A DNA stretch of 62,781 bases, counting the filler, from Stramenopiles sp. TOSAG23-2 (taxonomy: Eukaryota): assembly GCA_900128395.1 (NCBI GenBank). It is 13 parts of 13 records of this genome, joined end to end, with 100 filler letters (N's around TTAATTAATTAA, not from the genome) between each part and the next. Parts side by side here need not be neighbours in the genome. Positions count along the whole stretch, not along the records: positions 10,995 to 16,377 come from LT650681.1; positions 16,478 to 21,855 come from LT650682.1; positions 21,956 to 27,324 come from LT650683.1; 10 more parts are not named here. The stretch is one strand, 5' to 3'. A program made the position numbers and the translations under genes. The notes under the pieces were generated by a model. It saw only the letters and a list, made by a program, of their open reading frames with translations. It ran no database searches and was not told the origin of the DNA. The stretch's first letter is position 1; each line of letters opens with the position of its first letter. This document shows positions 11,941 through 24,312 of this stretch, in pieces.

Positions 11941-12157
11941 GCCTAGAAAAGCGGACAGTTAGTCCCTGCTGTGTCTATGGACAAAAGCGGACAAATAACC
12001 CCTGGTGTGTACGGCCTAAAAAACGAAGAATAACCCCTGGTGTGTACGGCCTAAAAACGGACAAATAACCCCTGCTGTGTACGGCCTAAAAACGGAAGAA
12101 TAACCCCTGGTGTGTACGGCCTAAAAACGGAAGAATAACCCCTGCTGTGTACGGCCT
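11941..12157. repeat. GC-rich 35-bp minisatellite, about 5 copies plus a degenerate lead copy
   Basis: AATAACCCCTG(G/C)TGTGTACGGCCT at 11994, 12029, 12064, 12099 and 12134. Confidence 0.95.
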
Positions 12158-12190
12158 CTCCGCGTGACATTTGACGTTGTACCAAACCAT

Positions 12191-12527
12191 ACTCTAAGCA
12201 ATAGGGACCACTTCGCTATAATCTTGCCACACCCTTTGAAGTGTAAACCTTCGCTGCTAAGGATAATTTAAGTACATTAATAGAAACTATTTCACTATAA
12301 ACACTATAAGATATTATACTACAATATTACACATAAATAATCCTTATAATATTAACTCTAAGCAATAGGGACCACTTCGCTATAATCTTGCCACACCCTT
12401 TGAAGTGTACACACTACACACTCAGCTGCTAAGTGAAATTTAACTACATTAATAGATACTTTTACACTATAAACACTATAAGATATTATACTACAATATT
12501 ACATATAAATAGATCCTTATAATATTA
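12191..12527. repeat. Diverged ~165-bp tandem duplication
   Basis: ACTCTAAGCAATAGGGACCACTTCG... begins at 12191 and 12355; copies differ by substitutions and indels. Confidence 0.9.
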
Positions 12528-12791
12528 AAAACAACTATACCAACACAAGATACATTATTGACACCCACACACTTCAGGGCAGGGAATAATTTTGAATAAA
12601 TATCTGACCAACAATATATACTATACTATGATATAATAAATACATACATATATATATATATGTGCGTGGTGATAAGGGAAAAAGTAATGTAGAATAAATA
12701 CATAAGTTTGTGCATTTACATGATCTTAGAGTTGTGATTTAATATATAATTATAATATAATATTTATATTACAACATAAACAAAAGATAAT

Positions 12792-13204
12792 ATGAACATC
12801 AATTCAAATCAAAATGTAACAAATTTTTCATCGCCATTATCACCTATGCGACATAGGAATTCACCTGAAAAGCCATCATCTAATTTAAGATTGATGGGAC
12901 CTGCCGCACAATATATCGATGCGGTTACTGCTGTATATTCTCCCACTGCATCACAAGCCAATAAAACGCAAGCCAATACGTGGCTACAAAATTTTTCAAC
13001 AAGCAAAGCAGCTTGGAGTGTATGCCAACAAATTATAACAACAACTACAGGGCCTGTGCCAACAACAGCAATTATGTTTTTCACATTAAATATACTATAC
13101 AATAAAATAAAACGTGAATGGGTCAGTGTTCCTGCAAATCAAAAACAAGTGATTACAAGTTCACTTTTTAAATTGTCTCGAGACATTTCACATTCTTCTT
13201 CTTC

Positions 13205-13237
<33 letters not shown>

Positions 13238-16052
13238 TAACAACAATGCCAGTTTTGAACATATGGATAATAACAGTATATCACGTTTGTGCCTATGTTT
13301 ATGTTCCATTGCAAGCTTTCAACCAAATGGTGTTGAAATTATTGCACAGATGGCAATGGAATTATTTCAACAAGTACCACGTGGTTTACTGATATCCTTA
13401 GAATCGCTAGTATCTATCATTGATGAAGTGAAAGAAACAGATCCAGTACGAGCTCAAAGTTTGGAGTTAGAATTACAGGTAAAGCAACAATTACCGAACA
13501 TATCAAAATTATTAAATCATTTATTGACAAATGATGAGTCACCTATTTCTCTGAAATATATATTGCATAATCATAGTGTGCAAACACCAACCAATATTTC
13601 ACGTGAAACATTTCATGTAACAAAAATTGCATTAAAAGCGCTGCAACGTTGGGTTGAAAATGGCATTTCATTGTCCATATTGTATGAAAATTATAATTCA
13701 TTATATATATTATTGAAAGAAATGGTATTAAATGGCCCACGGCAATTTTTAGAACATACTATAAATGTATTTACTGCATCATTGTCGGTACAAACATATC
13801 CACCAGGAAATTCCCAACAAAATGCTATGAATGATTTATGTCTATTATGTATAAATACAAGACCAATCGTAGAAAAGGCATTAAATGAGGAAGATGAGCA
13901 AATTTGTATGGAAATGTGCAAATTATGCTCTGCCGTTGGCGAAAGTGGTGTTGATGTCATAGCTACTGGAAAAGGTGAATTGATTAACTTTGTACAGATT
14001 TTATTTCAATTTTTACAATGTAAATTTCGAGACGTTGCGTTGATTACGATGGATTTTTGGGCAAATTTGTGTGATATTGAAGTTGCTAATAGGCATCCAT
14101 ATTTACGCCATGATGCGTTTGTTGAAATTATTAAAACAGTAACCATTCAGTCCATGTTTGATCTGGATGAGTTATACGGTAGTAATTTCACATCTTGGGA
14201 AGAATATTGCGAGCCATCGAGTCCAACTGCTTCACAAAAACAAATCAAAGATGAAACAGATTGGTCTAGAAATGATACAAAATTTGGTCCGTTCCGACAA
14301 GATGGTAAAATGGAAGAATTGTTAAATTTTTCATCCAATTTGCTGCGAGATAAATTTTATGAAACTATCTTAAGCATTGTCATTGAGTATGGCACAAAAT
14401 TGAGTAATAATAATGGTGATAAAGAAAATAATTGGAGATACATTGAAGCGGCATTGTATACTATTCATTTAGTTGGTACGGAGACAAGTCGAAATTTAAA
14501 TGATAAAGGATATGTGGAGCAAAAACCTGCAGTTGCCGATCGTATTGCAACCTATTTGCAACAATTATTTAACGAATTGACTAATAACAAGCTATATTTA
14601 TCTAATCCTTTATTGATCCAAACTGGCTGCAAAATATTTGCATCGCATATTAAATTTATTAAAAATGGATACCATAAACGATTGCCACAAATTATTGATT
14701 CACAGGCCTTAATGAAAAATGCATTGACATACATATGCAATGCATTGATGATACAAGGTGCAAGAATGGAAGCATCCAGGGCTCTGCGTAAAGTATGCAA
14801 TGCATTGGAAAGAGAGCTAGGCAATCGAGATACAATGAGTCATTTAGTGACTATATTGATGCAAGCTATTGAAAAGGGGATACCAAGTGAAGGAAGGAAG
14901 AATCTAGTAGATGCATTTATTCGTATTGGTCTATCTATTATAGATATAAACACATCAAAAATATGTTTTGATTCAATAATAAATCCATTTGTAAATGATT
15001 TAAAGGAAAAGTTACAAAAATATAGTGCAACTGGCGCAAATACAGAACATGCAGTAGATTTAATCAATGGAATATCAGACGATTTATCTATTTTATATGC
15101 AGGAATTAAACATTTAGATCGTGTAAAAAATGAAAAGACGCAACAAATTGCTGGTACGTTTGTACAAACAATGTGGCCAATATTAATTGGGTTGATAAAG
15201 AATCTGTTTAATCATAATAACATTTTAAGGCCATCTTTGGATTTGATGTCCCGAATTGTACGTTCATTTGGCGTTCAAATGATGGGTCCACAGTTCATGG
15301 AATTAATGAATTTACTAAAGGAAGCATATAAATATCATGTATCAGATTATGAGATCATAACAGCAAAAACGCTAATGGAAGAATTTTACAAAACGCACGC
15401 TCCTGTGTTTGTTGATTTTTTGTTATATATTTGTATAAATACGGATAGTAAAATATTCAACGATGTAAATTCATATCCTCAAATTATTGCCTCGATGTTT
15501 GAATATGCATCTAGATCTTTAATATTTTGCAAAGTACAAATGGAGTCAAATACGGCTGTCATAGATCAAATATTTCAAAAAGCGATTATATGTGCTGGGC
15601 AAGGACAAGAAAAAGATTCAACAAGGAGTGTGTTGAATTTTATGAAGCAAGTAATTAAACCGGTTCGAAGTGGGTCAAATAGGAATGTATTGTCAGATCG
15701 CGTTATGAGCACACAAAGCAGTCAATTAATTAACGTCGAATTGCAATGCATAACCGAAACAAGTCCAGATTTCATGTTGCCATATCATGCAGATTTATTG
15801 TACAATATTGCAACCGGTTATACTCAAGTATTTACGCAGGCATTAAACGTATTTATGTCTAATTATCAAAATATGCAATATCTGAAACCGGAAACAAAGC
15901 AATTAATTGTCATTGTCTTACCATTGCTTTCAAATGGGCAATTTGAAAATAAGAAGAAATTTAAAGAATTTTTATTAGACCTATCAAGTGTTTGTAGAGG
16001 GGAAAAACAGATTGATCTATTGTTGCCTTACAGACAGCTAGTAGGCGTGTAA
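12792..16052 (+). CDS. Importin-beta family karyopherin (importin-13/transportin-3-like)
   Basis: IBN_N-like N-terminus (ANTWLQNF..SKAAW..C, LYNKIKREW), ITMDFWANL, WRYIEAALY; 1086-aa helical repeat character. Confidence 0.85.
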
Positions 16053-16158
16053 AAACATGCTTTTCTCTTTCTATGGTAGTGTTATCGAAGCTTTTCAGCA
16101 GCATAGCATATACGTACGAAGTATATACGAATATATTACGGCTAAAGTATCATTACAG

Positions 16159-16256
16159 GGATAGAATATTATTCTTGAGAGTGAGTATTGAGCATATTTA
16201 CTTCGCACGGGAAGTAAAATTACGAGTATTAATAAACACACTTAGATTTTAACCAT
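16159..16256 (-). repeat. Dispersed 3'-flank element copy
   Basis: Reverse complement ATGGTTAAAATCTAAGTG...TAATTTTACTTCCCGTG..AATATGCTCAATACTCA..CAAGAATAATAT matches 43969-44070. Confidence 0.8.
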
Positions 16257-16777
16257 TGTGAGACGTACGAATATGATACGAAAAATTTTAAAGATCCACT
16301 CTAGTCCCATGACCGCGTGCTTTTCGAAATAATACACCTAAACTATCACTACTTTGATCTAATGGTGTCACCGGTTTNNNNNNNNNNNNNNNNNNNNNNN
16401 NNNNNNNNNNNNNNNNNNNNNTTAATTAATTAANNNNNNNNNNNNNNNNNNNNNNNNNNNNNNNNNNNNNNNNNNNNGTATGATTTTAATGGTATGTATA
16501 TGTTATTGTTGTTTTGATAATTTTCAGATGTTGAATTTTCTGTCTACAACGATATTTTATTATAATCCCAAAATATCATTTTTTATGATGTATTTAGTAG
16601 GAAATAGTACGGTGATGAGATTCAAGAATATCCTAATATTAAGATACATCATAAAGTGTGGTTCAAATAACAGGCTGAAAATAGCATTAACAAAACATGT
16701 AAAGTAATGTCAAATTAATAGGCTTGAAATAGCATTAACAAAAATATTGTCTATTGTCCATACATCTCTACAATAAA

Positions 16778-16919
16778 CTATTCCTTAATACAACTATATA
16801 GGTAGTGAAAGTATACAAGATGGTCGTGCTATTCTACCATAATTTAGGGCAAAATTATGGTAGAATAGCACGACCATCTTGTATACTTTCACTTCCTATA
16901 TAGTCGTATAAGGGCATAG
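16778..16919. repeat. Long inverted repeat (hairpin)
   Basis: Perfect 42-bp arms 16804-16845 and 16852-16893 with a 6-nt loop, extended about 25 bp with mismatches. Confidence 0.95.
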
Positions 16920-17966
16920 AACAGGGGTTTTTTTACTGGAAATGTGATATAAGCCAGACTGGTTAAGGCAAATGAACTCCAGAAATTTTATTACCACAGG
17001 TGGGGTACATGAACAAATATCTAGTCCATAAATCCTAATAAACATAGGATTATAATTATATACATTTTCAACAAGTTTTACTGTATGGTGATGGTTAGTT
17101 TCATAAAAACGCATAACCAAAAAGGGTAATTTCTAAAATTAATGATGTACTTGAACGAATTTTTTTAGTATACTTAAATTTGCATTCATAGAGACAAACT
17201 TTGATGATTTTCTATCAAAAAAGTGCCAAGTTTCAATACATACAGTAAGCAATACATTTATTATAATCCCAAAATATCATTTTTAATGATGAATTTAGTA
17301 TGAGAATATCCTAATATTAAGATACATAGTAAAGTATGTCAAATTAATAGGCTTGAAATAGCAGTAACAAACCATGTACTTCACCTGGGGTACATGAAAA
17401 TATATTTAGTCCATAATTCCATACCAATGCTGTGTCCATTACATCACATAAGTGTTACATAAAAATTTGGGCATGGCATGAACACAGCATAATACTATTA
17501 ATAAGTAATCCTCCCCATTTTAAACGAATCGAGTATTCACGGGTTTTTTGTAGGTATTTTCATGCATTCATTTTCCTACTCGGTACATATATGATTGGCA
17601 CGACGAAATACTTCCAAATTTTTTCATATTTCACAAAATTTTTTCAAGTACTACCTGCATCGAGTAATTTACCGGGCAGTTGCTTCTATTGCCATGCTAG
17701 ATTGTCAGATTTTTTCGCTACTCGATTCGCGTCTATTCTAGTTTCCTAGCACTTTTTAATACTTAATTTTTTTTAATAGGCATTTGTACTTAAAGGGCTG
17801 AAAAATTTTTTAAGTTTTACAAAAACGAAACTTGTTTAACTTCCGTCAATTGTAATTCCATGTAAATTAATATTTTTTTTGGGATGAAATCAATTCGAAA
17901 ACATTCTTTAATTGGTAATAATGGTATTTGCATGCTTTTCAAATGGCATAAATTATTGCCAAAAAG

Positions 17967-18174
17967 CAAATGAAGGTATTGCCGTAATTTGGTTTTTAAA
18001 AATAAGTCTGTTTATTATGTAATAAATTGAACAAGTTCTGGAAGTAGGTGTCAAATATTTTGTATTATATCAAATGAAGGTATTGCCGTAATTTGGTTTT
18101 TAAAAATAAGTCTGTTTATTATGTAATAAATTGAACAAGTTCTGGAAGTAGGTGTCAAATATTTTGTATTATAT
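17967..18174. repeat. Exact 104-bp tandem duplication (probable assembly artefact)
   Basis: CAAATGAAGGTATTGCCG... starts at 17967 and 18071. Confidence 0.9.
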
Positions 18175-18782
18175 TACATCCACAATCGGATATTTATATA
18201 GTGACTATTGATATATAATACAGTATACTATTTGTGTACTAATAATAAATCGAAATTGGTTTGGTTGTCTGGTTGTCTGCTTATTTCTGATTTCTGGCAG
18301 TCTTTGATAAAATTTACCTAAGTTAAAAAATATTGTTTGTACTTGTTAGTATATATCATAATAACACATATATAGGAAAACGACTCAAAAAACTTTTTTT
18401 TTTTTTTTTGTCCAAGGTATGACACAACTACAAAATGCCTGTCACTACCACTCAAAAACACAAAAAGTGACTACAACAAATTGTAAAGATACATACAATA
18501 TTGCAGCAAGTTACTTTGTTATGACAAGACAACAAACAAACAAACAAAAACAACAAAAACAAACAAACAAAAACAAACAAACAAAAACAAACAGATAAAA
18601 AAAATATTGAAATAAATTTGTAAGTAGCAAACTTTTCACTCCATCTTCTCCATCTTCTCCATCTTCTCCATCTTCTTCTCATCTACCTGATGGGACTACT
18701 CCATCAGACATATTGTTGTAGTCGTCGTTATCACCTAAAACATATCAACTAACATGAAACCACATCTCATCTGTTAAAGAAT

Positions 18783-19724
18783 ATGCAACAACGTAAAAGT
18801 AAAAGAAAGAGAAAGAGAGCAACAAAAATCATTCCAGACATTTCTACAAAAGCTAGAAAATTGCGTATAGCAGAGGAAGAAAAAGCAAAAACAGCAGAAG
18901 CAAAACGTTTAAAGAAAGAACAAGCTGAACTAGCTGCTACGAAAAAACGTGAAGACGAAGAAAAAGCAAAAACAGCAGAAGCAGAACGTTTAAAGAAAGA
19001 ACAAGATGAATTAGCTGCTGCTACGAAAAAACTTGAAGACGAAGAAAAAGCAAAAACAGCAGAAGCAGAACGTTTAAAGAAAGAACAAGATGAATTAGCT
19101 GCTGCTACGAAAAAACTTGAAGACGAAGAAAAAGCAAAAACAGCAGAAGCAGAACGTTTAAAGAAAGAACAAGATGAATTAGCTGCTGCTACGAAAAAAC
19201 TTGAAGACGAAGAAAAAGCAAAAACAGCAGAAGCAGAACGTTTAAAGAAAGAACAAGATGAATTAGCTGCTGCTACGAAAAAACATGAAGACGAAGAAAA
19301 AGCAAAACAATTGGAAGCAGAACGTTTAAAAAAAGAACAAGCTGAATTAGCTGCTGCTACAAAAAAACATGAAGACAAAGAATTAACAACAACAACAACA
19401 ACAATAATTAATGATGATGATGATCAATTTGGTTTCTCAAATGATGATGATGATTTTCATAATAATGATGATGATTCTGCTGCTGAAAAACAAGATGCAT
19501 TAGCACGTTTAAAGGAAGAACAAGCAAAGAAAGAACAAGATGATTTAGCAGCTGCTAAGAAAAAGCACAGAGAGGAAGAAAAGGCAAAAAACATGAATGC
19601 ATTGATTGGGCAATTACAAAATAAACAATCATCTATGGTTATTGATGTGACTACAGATGTACCTGTAAAATTCAATGATATTGTGAAATCTCACTTCACA
19701 TTCACCATGCACCAGATCGATTAG
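18783..19724 (+). CDS. Charged helical protein with ~6 x 28-aa (84-bp) tandem repeats; probably the 5' part of the downstream transposase gene
   Basis: Unit EDEEKAKTAEAERLKKEQDELAAATKKL at about 18873-19377; NLS-like N-terminus; ends in the BED-finger-like IVKSHF. Confidence 0.7.
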   Translation: MQQRKSKRKRKRATKIIPDISTKARKLRIAEEEKAKTAEAKRLKKEQAELAATKKREDEEKAKTAEAERLKKEQDELAAATKKLEDEEKAKTAEAERLKKEQDELAAATKKLEDEEKAKTAEAERLKKEQDELAAATKKLEDEEKAKTAEAERLKKEQDELAAATKKHEDEEKAKQLEAERLKKEQAELAAATKKHEDKELTTTTTTIINDDDDQFGFSNDDDDFHNNDDDSAAEKQDALARLKEEQAKKEQDDLAAAKKKHREEEKAKNMNALIGQLQNKQSSMVIDVTTDVPVKFNDIVKSHFTFTMHQID

Positions 19725-19846
19725 CAAAACATCTGTTGTCATGTGGAGGATTTAAAGATGGAAATTTCAGAAAAAAAATTAGAGAAAAAATTTTAAATGA
19801 TGAAAGGAAAAAATTATCTGCAAACAAATCTAAAAATACTAGTAGT

Positions 19847-19887
<41 letters not shown>

Positions 19888-19976
19888 TAGAATTAGTAGA
19901 ATGAAACAAACAAAATTACCACAAATAAAATTAATGTCACCAGATATCTGCAAACAAATCTAAAAATACTAGTAGT

Positions 19977-20017
<41 letters not shown>

Positions 20018-21855
20018 TAGAATTAGTAGAATGAAACAAACAAAATTACCACAAATAAAATTAATGTCACCAGAGAAAAGATTACAAAAAATGTTTAGTG
20101 TATTTCGTGTGAAATTATATAACTTTTCACCATTATCTACTTTGTTAAACACCTTCAACAAATCAGAGTATTTATCCCATAATAAAGATATGGAAGCGAT
20201 TTATCCAAAGACGAATTATGACTTGTGGAAGTATGCAGATATGGTGGGAACGGAAGCCATTGAAAAGGTGAAAGTTGCAATTAATTTGAGTGATGATGAA
20301 ATTATGTTTGGATTTGACACAGCAACAGTTCTAAACGATACAGTTCTGTTTATTTCCATTGTGAAAGGCAAAGCTGCATTATTTGAAGATCTAATAGTAG
20401 TAAATACAATTATGTTTGGATTTGACACAGCAACAGTTCTAAACGATACAGTTCTGTTTATTTCCATTGTGAAAGGCAAAGCTGCATTATTTGAAGATCT
20501 AATAGTAGTAAATACAACAGACACTGCAACAATTACAAACGAAATTTTAAATATAGCAAATCAAGTGCAAGATGAATATGGAACAATACGGTTTGTAACT
20601 GGAGACAATAAAGAAAACAAAACACTTGAAACTATTTGCAAATCTTTAGAAGAAAAGGATGGCATAGTACGATTAAGCCTAAGCGATCCCACACATACAA
20701 CAGATTTATCAGTAAAAGACCTACCTAAATCATTTAGTGTAATACAAAGAATTATTGATGGTTCAAAAAAATTAACAGTATTTTTGAAATTGAAACATGT
20801 TCGTGCATTGATTGCGGAAATGAAAACGTTAGGAACAATATTAGTTATACCACCTACACCAACAGGATTTTCAGAAACACGATTTTATGATGCATACACT
20901 GGTCTTCAATCTATCGCACCCTATGATCATGTTATAGCAAAAATGTATGCACATGAAGGAGAACATGCAGATGGGTTTAAAAATAAGATAAGGAGAGGAG
21001 GACGAAATGATGTTCGTGACGTCGCAACTCTGGAATTTTTCGAAGCAATGAACCATTTAACAAAATTATTAGAACCATCGAAAATTGCGTGTAGATTATT
21101 GTCTACATTAAAATTCAATGTTTCAATTTATGCAATGGTTGTATTGATAAAGCACAAAGAACAAAACGCAATAATAACAGAAACATCATTTTTAAATGCA
21201 TTTAAAAATTTCGAATTCAAGGAAGATGAAGCAACATCTAAATTTAAAAACGATTTAATGAAATGTTTGAAGATTCGTTACAACTTAGATGGTTTAAAAC
21301 CAAAGAAAGATGATCAATTTAATAAATCAAATATTGGTAAAGTTGGATTTTTGAAAAAATGGTATATATATGCAACATTATTAAATCCAATGTATTATTA
21401 CATCGATAATATTAAAAATACATTATTAGATTTATACCCTCGACATGAATGCATTAACTGGTACATGGCATATTCTGGGCTTCATAGCAACAATGGTGTT
21501 GATGACGATGATAACGACAGCGATTACAAAAAACTCGAACTAGAATTGAAATCCTTCTTTGCTAAATCCCCTCGACATGAATGCATTAACTGGTACATGG
21601 CATATTCTGGGCTTCATAGCAACAATGGTGTTGATGACGATGATAACGACAGCGATTACAAAAAACTCGAACTAGAATTGAAATCCTTCTTTGCTAAATC
21701 AGGTCGATTTAGACATGGATTTCAAGCTCTTCGTAATGAATTAAATGGTGGAGTTACCATCAAAACAGTGAAGGAATTCGAGGCACTTTTATACAAATGT
21801 GCAATAGATGATGAATCCGGGGATAAAATATGGTGGGCAATGCATGACAATACAT
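19679..21855 (+). mobile_element. hAT-superfamily (DUF659-like) transposase, disrupted and 3'-truncated
   Basis: RLAKHLLSC (BED-finger end), FGFDTAT (Asp1), FVTGDN (Asp2), DPTHTTDLSVKD (CxxH equivalent), ETRF, ATLLNP and IWW (start of dimerisation domain). Exact duplications of 130 bp (19815), 108 bp (20301) and 132 bp (21438). Confidence 0.8.
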
Positions 21856-22236
21856 NNNNNNNNNNNNNNNNNNNNNNNNNNNNNNNNNNNNNNNNNNNNT
21901 TAATTAATTAANNNNNNNNNNNNNNNNNNNNNNNNNNNNNNNNNNNNNNNNNNNNTTCGTCAAAATAAAATTATTTTTTAACAGCCTATATATTTTATAC
22001 TTAACACTACTAAGGCCTATTGCATGCTAAAAAAATTATCACCAGTATGAGATATACACTGGATAATATAAAAAATTCTCTTAAAATTTATAATATTTAA
22101 AGATTTTGTTTAATGTAAATATTACGTATATATTAATACGTATAAATTATATTACGCCGTAAAAAATAAGTTATTATGCATATTATATAATTATACTCTA
22201 AATATTATATACGAAAGTATATATGTCTCTTTTAAT

Positions 22237-24312
22237 TTAATCGATTTTTAATATTTTAATATATGGCAATCCACGAAACAAAAATTGTTGATTGTTTGTT
22301 TCTTCCCACCTCAAAATAACCCGTTCCAATACAACGTTCAATTTGTTGTATTTTTCTACCAGATTGCGATCTATTTCATCGTCTTCATGCAATTCAATTT
22401 TATTTTTCATTTCCTCTCGTTTTCTAATTGCTAGCAATTCACGCTTGCGCTCCTCAACAAATTTCATTAATTTTTTACACATCGTTTTCATGATGTTTTT
22501 GGATTGCTCGCTTGATACGTCAGAATTTATCAATCGTTGGGATGTTTTTATTCTTGCAAAATATGGTAATCCAGCTAAATCCCAGAATTGAATTAATTTT
22601 TTGAATAATTTTATTGGTATATTTCTAATCTGTATTCGCTCAACGAAATGCGGCAACATTTGCTTAAATTGAATCTCTTGTTCCAATTCCTTACGCCATA
22701 GAAATACAATTGAATCGGAGCGCAAAAAGCCATCACTGGATACGGATACTTCTCCATCATTATTCATCACTATTTCGTTATTACTATAATTACTTGTAGT
22801 ATCCGAGACATCCTGTTGTTGTTCTTGTTGCTCCTGCTCCTGCTGATAAAAATTGTCTTCCTTGTCGTCTTCATTTATACCCTCGTTCTCGGAATCTTCT
22901 TTTATTTTAAATGATGAATCTCGATGTGGAAGCAAATCGAAATCACCAGACCGATTTGCAGTAGTTGCGACAATTGTAAATGGGTTTTGTGGAAAATCTA
23001 TTGGTTCCATTGGTTCTAATATGGATTTGTTTCCAATATTTTGTTGTTGTTGATTATCATAAACATTTAAATTAGTACGGTCGAACAAAGCATTTTTTTT
23101 AACCACATTTCCCCCAATAGACTTTTTTTGAAAGTGTGGAAAGTTTACATTGCTTTTGTTAGTCTCATATATTTGTGTGGCATTGCTTGGCCACATAAGA
23201 CTGACATTCTCATCATGATATGCTGAATTATCGTTATTAACATTCTTCCCAATACTATCGGGATGTCGATCAGTACTATTATTTGCTTCGGTTAAATTAT
23301 TATTATTATTAAATGAAATATCTTGTATACTGTTATCATTAACTAAGTGAGGCGACATTGGTGATAATGGTGGTGTCACATTTGATATTAAAGAATCATT
23401 TGATTGGCAATTTACTGGCGACATATTGGACGAGGACGATCGATGAGATTTATTATTATTATTGTGATGGTTAATTACCCAAGGCGGCAAACTATTCTTT
23501 AGTTCTACAATATTTTCAACGTGTTTTAAATGTAATTTTCTGCTTTTAATAAAGTAGTTGGAGGTGTCATCTTCATTATCAAAATTGCGACTTCTTATAT
23601 TGTCATTTATTATAGATAGTTTTTCACCAGAATCATAATCGGCATTGGTTGTATTAAAAAGCTCATTTAAAAGACGCGTTTTCAAAAACATTTGCTGTTG
23701 CAACGGTGCCCATATCGTACCATCGTGAACTTTAACAAGAGTTTGTTGCCCATGTTTAAGTTGCGATTTAATAATTTCTTTGCGCACATCCGCATACAAT
23801 TTTTTCTCTAAATTTTTTGTAGCAATCGATTTTGCTTTATCCATAAGATCTGACTTTGCTTCATTTAGACTATAGCGAAACTCTAACTTAATTTTACGTA
23901 GAATCTTTTTGAAATTCCTTTTGTATCCTCTCTCTGATAATAAAGCTCGTTCAACAGATACTTGCCACTCAAATCGTTCTTTCGCCCAATCTTTTTCTTT
24001 TTCTTTCACCAATTGTCTTTCCTTCCAAACTTCTTCTTCAGCTACTCTAACCCTCTCTACCAAAGCTTCCATTTCTCCTTTCAAAGCTTCCATCGCTTTC
24101 CGTTTCCCATATGCCTCTGCACGCGAAATAGCTTTATTAAATGCATCTTGCATAGCAAGTTCTTTTTTTTGAAAAATACTCAATTTTTCACGTAATCTTT
24201 CCTCACTCTCAACTTGTATAGCTTCCAACAGTTGCTGTGTCTCTTGCTTCACTTTTGTTATTTCATTCTCAACAATTTTTTGAATCAACTGCTCTTGTTT
24301 TTGTTGATCCAT
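22237..24312 (-). CDS. Coiled-coil protein with a MAP65/ASE1-like (CCDC87-like) C-terminal segment
   Basis: N-terminal coiled coil, low-complexity middle, C-terminal LERVILRWEETNNQQFLFRGLPY. Confidence 0.6.
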   Translation of the reverse strand: MDQQKQEQLIQKIVENEITKVKQETQQLLEAIQVESEERLREKLSIFQKKELAMQDAFNKAISRAEAYGKRKAMEALKGEMEALVERVRVAEEEVWKERQLVKEKEKDWAKERFEWQVSVERALLSERGYKRNFKKILRKIKLEFRYSLNEAKSDLMDKAKSIATKNLEKKLYADVRKEIIKSQLKHGQQTLVKVHDGTIWAPLQQQMFLKTRLLNELFNTTNADYDSGEKLSIINDNIRSRNFDNEDDTSNYFIKSRKLHLKHVENIVELKNSLPPWVINHHNNNNKSHRSSSSNMSPVNCQSNDSLISNVTPPLSPMSPHLVNDNSIQDISFNNNNNLTEANNSTDRHPDSIGKNVNNDNSAYHDENVSLMWPSNATQIYETNKSNVNFPHFQKKSIGGNVVKKNALFDRTNLNVYDNQQQQNIGNKSILEPMEPIDFPQNPFTIVATTANRSGDFDLLPHRDSSFKIKEDSENEGINEDDKEDNFYQQEQEQQEQQQDVSDTTSNYSNNEIVMNNDGEVSVSSDGFLRSDSIVFLWRKELEQEIQFKQMLPHFVERIQIRNIPIKLFKKLIQFWDLAGLPYFARIKTSQRLINSDVSSEQSKNIMKTMCKKLMKFVEERKRELLAIRKREEMKNKIELHEDDEIDRNLVEKYNKLNVVLERVILRWEETNNQQFLFRGLPYIKILKID

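Noticed and set aside
11941-12157. CRISPR-like 35-bp repeats
   Set aside because: Units are head-to-tail with no unique spacers, there are no cas genes, and the context is eukaryotic
18767-19378. 203-aa antisense ORF and other short shadow ORFs
   Set aside because: Reverse-strand by-products of repetitive or biased coding sequence
20301-20516. 36-aa internal repeat in the transposase as a real domain repeat
   Set aside because: Nucleotide-identical and duplicates a catalytic Asp motif; fits the assembly-echo pattern
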